Below, piece after piece: positions 1 through 12,000 of a DNA stretch of 64,000 bases (position 1 is the stretch's first letter; every line of letters begins with the position of its first letter). Under the pieces are notes generated by a model. It was not told the origin of the DNA. It made no database searches and was given only the letters and a program-made list of their open reading frames with translations. The DNA lies in contig NMRA01000598.1 in the NCBI GenBank assembly GCA_002633005.1, forward strand, positions 130,198 through 194,197, read 5' to 3'. Made by a program: the position numbers and the translations under genes. Origin of the DNA: Phoronis australis (lineage: Eukaryota > Animalia > Phoronida).

Positions 1-23
1 ATTTGTCATCCAAATTTTTGTAG

Positions 24-3000
24 AACCACCTGATTAACACCCTGTTCCCAGCGCCCCCTGCTAGCTGGCTGTTTGTATTCGCCCTCGTCCTCTCCTTTAT
101 TCTGGCGGATAGAGATCCGTCCTTTGGGCTGATGGCCAAGTTTGAAGAGCATCTCCCTGGGTGAGTACGTCAAGCTTGGCAGACGAGGACAGTGACATGT
201 TGAACTTGTTGGGTTTCATTTTACTATTGTTGAATTACGTCTATGATGTTATGCTAGAGTCAGATTCATCAAGAAGATAAAATAGGAATTTTATTCAACC
301 AAGCTTAGTTGTGTTACAGTTGATGTTAATAAAATATTGTTATGTGTTAACGGTTATTTGTGATAATTAATATTTTAAAATCAGCAAAACGTAGGCCTTT
401 GATGTGGTTAGCTGTCAGTTTATGTTTTAAAAACTTTCTAACAATGTTGGTGAAAATCAAGAAAAGGGTGTCCAGCAAAATTCATTATTCTGGATGTACC
501 TTTTTATAATGGGGGAGTTGATCTGCCAAAACAAGAACATTAATATTTTGTTGACAAGATAAAACGTTCCTACAACTTTCAACTTGTTGCACAGTACATT
601 TACTATAACCCGTCTGCTTCAGAGTGCGAGACATGCCACCACCGTACGACGTCTACATGAGCCGCGCCATCTTCTCATTTCTGGCCTGGCTTGTCATCGT
701 AGGAACGTGGAGGGTCATTCTCAAGCTACTGCTGTCGTATCACGGCTGGATGTATGAGCCTCGAGGTCGTGTGTCAATACGTACCAAGGTCTGGATGGTA
801 AGTGAAGAGTTGTCTAATGGGATGTGAGAGCTGAAGCTGAATGCTGACACCTCCCAATTGTGGCTGTTCAGTATAACATAATGTGTTTGATTTGGATGGG
901 AAGTGTGTTGTTGTATGTTGATGCATGCCAAAATCTGGCTGTTGAGTGTAATATAATGTACTTATGACTTCCTAAAACCGCTCTGAACAAAAGGATCACA
1001 CCATGAGTGTACCACGTATCCGTGCTCGTTCTTCTAAGAATGCGAGAACACCTGACAATGGCCGGAGAAGAGACCAACCGAAACGTCGTGACAGTGTATA
1101 TAGACTAGAGGTCGGTGTAAATAGACCAAGAGATTTTAATAATAGTTATAATGTACTTAGTCACGATATGAACCTTGAGGTTGCAACATTTTGTTGTCCT
1201 ATGACCTTAATGTGTACTGTATTTTTGCTTTTCCAACTCTGTTTCTTCATTTCACCTGCTTCACCTTCCAGATACTGTTGAGGGTATTTGGTGGCACCAA
1301 CCCTCTCCTCTATGGCTACCAGGGAGTGCTGCCAAAGCTGCCTGTGCCTGAACTGAATGAAACCAAGCAAAGGGTAAGGTGTCGTGGATGAGAGAAAGCC
1401 AAATGTTAATGGAGATTCAAGTGGCTGTCAATCCATCGTCCTTCATAAGAACCACTTACCATTATGACACTGATCTCATATTGTTCCTTTGTAAAATGAG
1501 AAGTATTTCAGGACTTTAAGGGAACTGCCAGTTTAGTAGTGCCTGAGATCAGTCTGTGTAAATCAGCTTGTCATGGTGTGCCATTTTAAGTGCTGGGCGT
1601 GGTTTCAATGAATAGCAAATAGTCTGTACGTTGTAAATCCAGAAATCGCTTCTCATCTGGGTAAGGATTATGTTGAGACCAATTTTATATCAGTAAATGG
1701 TCTAAATGAGAAGTCCACTTCTTGGATGGAGCCTTTTAGGAGCCACTTCAACAGCAGATTTGACTGGCGTTCTGGTAGAGAAGCATTCAGCCAGCATCAG
1801 AACATATTGCATGACAAATCAGTCGTATTTTATAGTCTAGACTAGTGGCCTAAAATACAAACGGTACTATATTGAATTGTACAGTGTTACACCATGCTCT
1901 CGGTATTGTAGCCTGGTCAGAAACCTGTTGTTACGCTCTCCACAACTATTTCTGATAAATAACTTAATCATGCTTTAGCAGTCATTGAGAATATATTATC
2001 CAAAATTGCTAATTACTCATATGACGTATACCTACTTAACTGTGATGTACTATCATTTACATTTGAAAAGAAAATCAATAATTGTGAAGTTTACGCGTAA
2101 GAAAAAATTTTTGTCCTTCTTTTGTTACTTTTCCTTCAAACGAGGCATTGGTCTGGTTGTGTACTTTCTCATTTTGACTTTTGACTTGCAGATAATTTAT
2201 GTTTTGCATCATACGTTAATATTCGTATTTGAACTTGAAATATACTACCTAATCACCTAGAGCAAGTGTACCCTGAAATATGCCACGTCTGAGTAGTTTT
2301 ATTCAGTGTGAGGGAATCTGTGGTATCAGATGATGCTGCTCTATTGTGAATCACTTTCATTCCCAAATGAGGGTCTGGGAAGAAGTTTTATAAGGACACG
2401 CAATATCGTACTTAATTAGTGTAACAAAATGGTGACCATCTATTAATCCACCTTCCGTCAAAGTACTGAGCTATGATTTAGACCGCTTTGAGTTATGAAA
2501 TTGATTTCAACTAGTACCTTACCCAAATAAAAGGTGATTTCTAGGCTTGAAAAGAACCCAACTGTTTTTAATTTAAACTAGACTGTACAAATTGGCTCAT
2601 TTCATGTACGAGTCATGGTCTGGAGCCACTGTTTGTTCTTTCCAAGCCAAAAACTCTTCTCATCTCGGTAAGGAAGAAGTTGAAACCAGTTTTATCGCTT
2701 TACATGGTCTAAGTCAAAGGCCTGTATCTTATCTTTGCTGGAACGGAGAACTTCAAGAGATTTCACCCTCTATTTTCGCTGCAGTACCTCGACTCTGTAC
2801 GTCCTTGGATGGAAAAGGAAAAGTATGAAAAAATGGAGAAGTTAGCGGATGATTTCTTCAGTGGCATTGCTGTCAAACTACAGAGATATCTCGTGCTCAA
2901 GTCATGGTGGGCTAGTAACTATGTAAGCTGCTCTTCTAACACCTTGTCCTTTCACACTGCAGATTTAAAATGGTGGAGTAATTTGGGCTATTTTAAGCCC

Positions 3001-6000
3001 ATAGCGTGAAATGCCCCTCAGGGTGACGAGGCATTTTGTCGGAAATTTTGTGTCCAACCCTTTGTGTTGAGGCGTGTTTAACTGGAATGAAATTCTATCT
3101 TTCTCTTCTTTTATTTGACAGTGCAGAGGGTATTTAGAAATTGATCTTTTGGAATGACTGACTTAAGCATCTTCCTCAGAAATATTGTCAGGATTTTATG
3201 ATAAGCTAGTTACAATTAACAGTGTGTGCTTGAAGTAGTCGGACAGACTGCTGCTTACCCACTATGACTGCCAGTTCTACTAATAACAAAAATCCCTGGC
3301 AATAAATATCTTTCACAAAATCTTAATAATGAAGGAATATCACTTCCACCCTGTTGAAGTGGTGGCTCTGAACCAGCCATCCATCTCAAAAAACAACTTT
3401 TGATTTTGGCCTCTTACCGGATTCGGAGGAAGATTTCAGGGCTTTGAAAGAAGTGACAGCTCATTTCTTTGTCCAAGCTAAAAAATCCTGAAATTTTATG
3501 AGCTTTGTCTAATGAATAAACATTTTGTCAGTCAGTGTTGAGCCTACAGATCACTTCTCAAGTGAGTCACGAAAAAAACAAGACCAGTTATGTAATGGTA
3601 AGTTGCTTAAATTCAAACCTGTGTTTTTGTCAGACCAAATCACAGGTTTAATGCGGCATTCACTTTCTGGTGAATTTCTGGTTATTAGGACCGGCTACTG
3701 TGACGATGATATACGATTAACCCCAGTGATAATGATCATGGAATTCCGGGTCACTTTGTCTGATGTCGGCATGTGCTGTTCATAAGGAGTGGACCTTATC
3801 ATGGTTTACAGCATAGATGCAATTGAGTAATATTTTTAGACATATCTATTACAGTAGACTGTCAGTTGTGTGTCAATTTTGGCCTACTTCCAGGTCTCTG
3901 ATTGGTGGGAACAATATGTCTACCTCAGTGGCCGTTCACCAATCATGGTCAACAGTAATTTCTATGGACTGGTAAGTGGTATTTTTTAAATGCTGGGTAA
4001 TTTCTGTACTACACTTTAGCATAGCTTTTTCCCTGACACTGTTTTAAGCATTGATTATGTTAATGGAGTCTAGGTGCAAATCAGTAGCTAATGTGCTATG
4101 ATTACATGATGTCATACTTAAGTTGCAATGCAACTCAAATGAATCTTGGCAGTGACTTAATACTGACCTGGTGTTGCTAATGAATAAAGGCCCCTGTGTT
4201 AAACACATTGAATTGATTAAGAGAAGAAAGCAGTTCATCGGCTTGTGTTTCTGCAATCTTAATGATTGTTGCACGAGCCGATGTCTAGTTCAAAGTCGCA
4301 CATCAGCCCCATTCCCCTATGAAAAAATATCACATGAAATGTTCCTCTAATCGAGCCCAAAAATTTCAATTTAGTGATTAAGAGTTCTGCTCATGTTTAG
4401 CATCATTAAGGTACAATCTTAGTTTTGGCTATTGAGGCTTTGCCAGTGAGGGGTGAAGACCAGGGGTGGGGATGGAATTGGTGGTGATGGGAAAGGGGTA
4501 TTTTCTCCTCGACCAAAAGCTTCCACCTCTAACAAAGTACAGCCATTTGAGCGAGGGCCCTGTCCATTTGGCAATAGCTACAACTTTGTTGACCAACTGT
4601 TGTAAATAGGAAACTTAAAGTGTTATAGTTAACTGTTAAAGTTTCAGCAACGTTTTGATTGACTATAGCGTGCCCAATATGGGAAACCTTGTCTATTGTG
4701 TCTTTAAGTCGCTTAATTTATTAACCGATGTATTTCCTTGTTATAGGATGCTGTATTTATTCGACCAACTACCAGTCAAGTTGCAAGAGCTGCTAACGTT
4801 ACGCATGCATTTCTCAAATACCGGCGTGAAATCGACAGAGAAACCCTTAAGCCCGTGAGTATCGCTTAATTTGTTGAGATCAGTGCGGCAGATGTGATGT
4901 AAAACGTGAATAGTTTAACGTGAAATTTTAATGCGGAAGGATGCTTGGGTTTTCCAATGTGTAAAGTCTACGTCTTTGGAGCTATGAAGTTTCGTATTCA
5001 TAAAGGCACCAACGAAATGATAAATAGGAAACTACCAGTACACATTCTTTTTGTTAATAGTGCACTGTTTTTTTTTAATTTTCAAAAAAGATTGTCCACT
5101 TTGGATCAGCCATGAAATTTTAAGCAAGTAGCATAATATGAATGTTGTCTCTCGTGTGGATAGGTGGCACCACTGAGCCATTCAAGACAGGTGTCATTTG
5201 TATATTTGTATATAAGCAGCCTTTGACCAGTGGTTTCTTAATGCATTCAGTACAAAACAAAATACCATTTTCCTGTCGTGGCTACTCGTTTTGTTAATGG
5301 CAAAAAATTGGTAATTACTGTTTGGGCGATTAATTTATAATTATAGAATACCTGAGCCACTTTACTAACTTTCTTGTTAATTCCCTTTCATTCTAATGAG
5401 GGGAAACAGATGTGATGGTGAATTCGACTTCTGCCCAGCTATCGTAGCTGGGAATTCCTGGTCACTTTGTCTGAATACTTGTACTGTAAATGTAGCGGCT
5501 GTAGAACATGCAGTACTTTTTTATTGCAGTTGATGGCCGGTGGCAACATCCCCCTCTGCTCCTTCCAATACGAGCGACAGTTCAACACAACTCGCATTCC
5601 AGGCATTGAGATGGGTAGGTTATATGCTGGGCTGCACTATGTTGACTTTGAAAGTACTGTTGAGATGGGTAGGTTATATGCTGGGCTGCACTATGTTGAC
5701 TTTGAAAGTACTGTTGAGATGGGTAGGTTATATGCTGGGCTGCACTATGTTGACTTTGAAAGTACTCTTGTGGAAGGGGGGAATGTTTCCGTCAAAAAAG
5801 TACTTTTGATGCACTATTAAAAACATCGATAAATATGTATGAAAATTATGATAATGCCACAGGCTCAGCAAAGCTCGTTCTTTTCTCTTCTAGACCAATT
5901 GATGCACTTATCTGACAGTAAACACATTGCCGTCTACTGTAGAGGGCGCTACTACAAAATGTACGTTCATTACAAGGGAAGGATTCTGGAGCCATGTGAA

Positions 6001-9000
6001 ATGGAAGTGTAAGTATTGTTTGAAGTTAGCCTGGTGTCAGAGATGGTCAGATGGGTCTCATAGTTTTTTGTAGGAAGAAGTGCCGTTACAGAAAAGGAGG
6101 GCGACAATAATCCCGCATTTGTCAGATAACAAATTTTGATTTAGGTTACTTACCATTAGATGTTCTTTACTGAAATTAGAAATGATTTCTTACCTTGTGA
6201 AGAATGGACATTCCATGACTTTGTTATTGCTCGAGACCAATGCATCGAATAACTCCTGATTATAGAACCTGATCACAAGCAAATTTGATCTGTCCTTCAA
6301 GAGGCACAAAATTGTCTTTTATTTGACTATGACACAATTTGAAACCTGTTAAAACAAGAGGTGGTCTGAATCAAGAAATAGTGTTTGTGTCAGACGGTAG
6401 ATTTTAGGTAACTTGCAATTAAGTTCGATTGGAATAGAGGCAAGGTCATGCTCTGGATCGATTAAAATGTGTACCAGATTGGATGGTGGTAACTAGAAAA
6501 AACAGGAAGTAAAAACCAACAAAACCAATTCATAACAGAGCAGTCAATCTAATGGTGAAACAGTCACAATCAGTGCTCTGCTCTGCTCTTCTGACCAGGA
6601 TGTTTCAGCGGATTATTGATGACACCAGTGAGCCAGCAAAGGGCGAAAAGAAACTGGCAGCCCTGACTGCGGGAGATCGCATCCCCTGGTACAAGGCCAG
6701 GAAGGAGTTCTTTGCTAAGGGTGTCAACAAGACCTCCCTGGACGCCATCGAGAAGGCAGCATTTGTAGTGGCTCTGGATGAAGAGCCACAGAGCTACGAC
6801 AGGGTGAGTACGGGCTGACTGAAACTTTACTCAAATTGCAAAACCTTATAGCTTTCTGGAGCTTAATCCAATTTTTTGCCAAGAATGTGTGTTTTGTGGT
6901 GTTGGTAGATGATGAATCTCTGGAATCTTGGTACCTACTCGTCACTGAAAACCTGAAAACTGTGGAAAATGACAAAATTGTTAGCAAGCTTGGAGAAACG
7001 GATGATGAAAAATGGTAAAAACCTATGGGAAATTGATGATGAATCACAACATCTTAATATGAGTTTCGTTCATTCAGTGTCGCTTGGTAACAACCAAGAA
7101 TGTGTTCTTCGTGATGTTACATTCTGTGACAAAACTTGCTTGCCTGAAATTCTAGGATATTTTAAGAATTCTGTGACAGTTGTGAGAAATTTGCCGAGTC
7201 GAATTGGCTGTCAGGGTTTTATTGGGTTTGTGGTTATATTTATGCTACATTCTGTAGTGGGTCCTGTTTTCACAAGCTGTAAAATTATGGAATTCATTGT
7301 AATCTTGGACAAGTGTGTCTCTCTTATGTGACAAACGCAAAGTTGGTGTGACCATAGATTATAGACAACAGATTTGCAGCTCTGACATTTTCTTGTGTAC
7401 TATCCTTGAGGATGCGCTATTCTCCTAAATTACCAATTTCAGTTTCCGGTTAGTGTACTGTGACGGGAAATTCTCGCATCTATTTTACGGTCCAGTACAA
7501 TGAAAAAAAAAACCTTCGGCATTGAAACGCTGTTCAAAGTCTTCCAATGATAGAACTTTTGGTATCGTGAGTACTTTTGACACCCAACCACACAACAGCC
7601 GACCATGGTTAGCAGACGACGTACTTGCCGGAAGTAAAACTTGTTAATTCTGCCAGGTGTCGCTAGTGAATAATGATGTCACAGGTTCTGTGTAAGATCG
7701 CAGACTATGTCCACTGAGTTGGCGGTGTGACTTTCAACATGCAATAAGCACCAAAAAAGCCGTTACAAATGAGACTTCCCTGCGACTTTTTGAAATTTGA
7801 GGTGTGTCAAACTGAGATCTGTAACAGTCAATTGTGCAGTTTAGTGTGGAAAGCAACCTTTATGAAATGAAAACATGAGTGGGAATCAAATGAAGTAGAA
7901 TCCAGAAGAAGAAATGAAAAAGCTTTGTGAAAATTGTTGTACAAAAATCATCTAAGTTTGCCCTGTAACCTTCGTCAAAGTTGTGGCTAAAGTGATGATT
8001 AATTACTGTGAGTCTCTATGATTTAGGTACAGATTTTTGCTCCAAAGTTTCCTTGATTTTTGAATAAGGTATAATTGATCTTGTGTTAAAACTGCGTTAG
8101 CATGCTGGGAACTCAGCAGCTGTGTTCTGCACTAATTCTCAGACTGGATACTTAAGGTTTGAAATACTGTTGTATTACATTTTTTGAAAATAAGATTTAA
8201 TATGTCCACATGCTCATTTGTTCCCCGAATAGTCTATGAGGGCATTGCAGGTGTCTAGGCTAGAAATCCTGATTTGTCTCTGTCTTTCAGGACGATCCTT
8301 CCAAACTTGACAACTTTGCCCGCGCCATGCTACACGGCAAATGCTATGATCGTTGGTTTGACAAATCATTCACTCTTGTCTTCACAGCAAATGGACGGGT
8401 GAGTGTCTTACTCCACTGACTTTGGCAGATCTACAATTCTGTCAATGGGCGGGTTTACTGAGTATATGTAATGACAGAAAAAAATGATTTGCCACCGAGT
8501 TCATCCGCTGACTAGTTTGAGTTAAGCACCTGGAACCTCAGTGAAGGGGGGAGCGGTGTTTGAAGTTACAGTATCACAAGAAATGTTGCTGGTTATTAAC
8601 ATAGAAATTGCTCCGTCTCTCTCTTTAATCCTGAATTTGTTATTCAGTTACTCTACCCAACCTTGACTCTGTGTATGGATATATGAATCTGAATTGATAG
8701 ATTCAGTGTTCATTTGGCGGTTTGCATGGATACATGTTGCTGAATTGATGGATTCAGTGTTCATTTGACTGTGTGCTTGGATATGTGTATCTGAATTTAT
8801 AGATTCAGTGTTCATTTGACTGTGTGCATGGATATATGTAAACAGCTTATTATTTAAAATGACTTATTCTTATTAAAATGACATAGGCAAAAAATTGAAT
8901 TTTGGACCTCAAAAGCGAGGCCCCCTATATTCATATAGGGGGCCCCGCTCTCCGGCCTCCTTTCGGCGGGGCCTCCTATATTAATATAGGCGGCCCCGCT

Positions 9001-12000
9001 CTCCGGCCTCCTTTCGGCGGGGCCTCCTATATTAATATAGGAGCCCCGCTCTCCGGCCTCCTTTCGGCGGGGCCCTCTATATTAATATAGGCGGCCCCGC
9101 TCTCCGGCCTCCTTTCGGCGGGGCCCCCTATATTAATATAGGGGGCCTCGCTTTTGAGGTCCGAAATTCAATTTTTTGCCTATGTCATTTTAATAAGAAT
9201 AAGTCATTTTAAATAATAAGCTGTTTGTAACTAATTGGTGAATTCAGTGCTTATTTTAACATGTATATTTCCACCTGCCATACCTTAGACTGCTTACATA
9301 AAGCTGACATCAAGCCACGTGTGAAAAATCTATCTTTTAAATTATACCACTTGCCATTTTAAAGTTGATCCGAATGTTTCCCTTTCTCATGTAAGAAGTG
9401 ATTTCTGGGCTTGTTAGGAGGAACTGACAGTTTTTTATTGCGCAAGATGAAGCTTGATACTTAGTCCTACTGTGGTAGGCTATTTAATGTTGTGGGCGGG
9501 GACTTGAGCAGTAATGGACAGTCAAGTCTTCACCAGCCCAAGAATCTGATTCAGAGTAATAGTCAAACGGAGACCTGTTGAGTGATCCGAATATTCAGCT
9601 GATAAAAAGGTGATTTATTGTTACCCGAACAACAGTCACTTTGTATGCTCACCAGAGGGCGTCTCTCCTTTTTCAGGTTGGTTTTAATGCCGAACATTCC
9701 TGGTAAGTTACGCGTAGTATTACCAAGGTCAGCCAAGATTTAAGTGTTGAAGTTTCACGTTTTTCTGGAAATTTACATCATTTTTGCTTGAAAAGCTAAA
9801 AGTGCACTAAGACCAAAAAAAACAGAACATGATTCTGAAAGGGGATGATTCATATAGTAGTTTTCCGGATGAGTGTCTGTCGTCAGCCATTTTCTAAGTG
9901 CTTTCAGAGTTCACATTTCAGCTGTTATTTTAACAATTGTTTTGCTCAGACAATTAGTTAATACATCTCATAAGTGCCTTGTGCAGTTGGCTTGACCTTG
10001 TTGGGAAATCTGAAGATATTGCCGTGTGACTATGTTCTTGATGTTTACAGTAATTTTGTAAGCTGTGTGGGTAAATGTTTGTTTGAGTATCTAAATATTT
10101 GTAGTTACAGACCTAAATATTTTAAATGTGTGGTATATTATCATTGTATTAATGTTCAGCATGTTGCACCCTTAAAGAGGCACTAAACTCGGCGTCGCAT
10201 ATTTGAATATTTTTATTTCAACCAGAGCACTGATTTTTGTAGAAAACTGCATGGCTCTCTTCAAGTCTCAGAACTGATAGAAATTGCTTTACAAACAGGT
10301 GGGTGGGTGTGTTTGTCACAGGGAAGCTCTGCTCTCCTAAACTATGATGCAGACAATTGCACCACTACAACAGTAATAAAACTTTCAAATTAGTCAGTGC
10401 TTCTTTAAGAGTGCTTCTTTAAAGCTGTTACTAAACTCACCTTCTGCAAGCAAATTTAGTTTTTACCGAGACCACTCACTGTTCTAAACTGGGTCTCAAA
10501 TTATTTCTTGCATAGATTAGAAGTGAGATCTTGGTTAGTGCAGAACTCAAGCTCACAAGTGGTCAACGCCATGCCATGTATGAGGCTTAAAGTGAATCAA
10601 CGCCAACTTAATGAGCCTCGTCTTGAACACTTTTATCGGCTGTTAATTCATACCAAACCCAGGAATCATTACCCATCGGAATAAAAATCATTTGTGACCT
10701 TGTTTTCCTTCTTTGAGTCGTCTTAATCAAAAGCTGTTCTGGACAGAAGACGGAGTTATTGCAGCTTTAATCATACTGCCAAGTGCCTCACATATACAGG
10801 TACTCTCATGGCTAGTGTACTTGTCTTACAGGGCTGACGCTCCTATCATGGCCTCGTTATGGGAACAGCAGTTCTATACAGATGTGTTCAATATTGGGTA
10901 GGATGTCTGTAGATACCGACGTCTCTGACCGATTGGTGTCGGACCGCACCCTATCGCAAACGTTCCATGGTTGCTCTTATGTTAACTATGTTCTGCTCTA
11001 ACTGATGTGTTTAAACACTTTGTAACTTGTAGGGCTGATGCTCCGATTATGGCTTTCTTGTGGGAATTCCTGGCTACTGACGAATGTACTTCTAAAGACA
11101 TGGGGTATGCTGGAAGCGGGGATTTGGGGCATGGTTTCGAGTTTCTCTGTGGCATAGTCTACAACTGCATCTCTAGCTTTCTTTTGTTCTAACTGTCTGT
11201 GAGTGTGCTGTGTTATTTCTAACAAATATCTCCATCATCCCTGCCAGACTTCGACATACTCAGGGCTTCAGATACTCAGGTAGCTTTAATTGAGACTGGC
11301 AGTCCACTTGGCGGCGCTAGCGATACAGTGGTCTGGTCTATAGAAATGCATACATCGTGTTGGCCTTTTATCCCACAGATGTCACCCATGCTGGTGAATA
11401 GCTTTCTGTTCTTGTTCAGTTCATCTGATGAAAAGAGAACCCTTTCGTCTCGTCATCAGTTCTGCCGTACCCGTTCATTTAGGCACTGAGATGGAAGAGA
11501 CGGTGGTTGGGAGAGCAATGCTGATAATCGGTCTATGGATACAAACCTTGAACATGGGTCTCCGACATGGAGCTGAGGCCACTACTCTGCACAATCCTCC
11601 TAATGTAGAATTTGGCTAGTTTTCTTTGGTTGTATTTTTAGAAAATGCTTGCCCTGAAACTTACTAGACTTTTGGAAACCGTGTTGAAACTATACCTTGA
11701 GAACTCCACTGTCGTAAATAGTAAATGTTAACTCAAACATTTGTAACGCTGTTCAATCCACCACAGAAAAATAAATTTGGGCAAACATTCCTTCGCATTG
11801 AAAAAATTAATCAGTTTCGCATCTTTCCTCTTTCAGGCCACTTTTTTCATGGTTCATACAGTCATTTAAAGCTCTTGACTATAGAGCCTCAGCCATGGGT
11901 GGTGCTTGATTTTTATTCTGACGTTGAAAAGCCCAGGCATGAATTTCAGTTTTTAGCCTTGAAATTACTTGAAAGGCTTTAATTATTAGTATGCTGTTGT

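Noticed and set aside
595-622. Upstream acceptor (ttgcacag) for the second CPT1 exon in the window
   Set aside because: Adds 28 nt and shifts the frame; the acceptor at 622/623 keeps the CPT1 frame.
4450-4500. G-rich tract as a possible G-quadruplex
   Set aside because: Irregular G-runs and long loops, with no other support.
8902-9090. Repetitive ORF ([17 protein letters not shown])n, and a superficially CRISPR-like array
   Set aside because: It is the translation of the fold-back element's internal repeat; units have no unique spacers and the context is eukaryotic.
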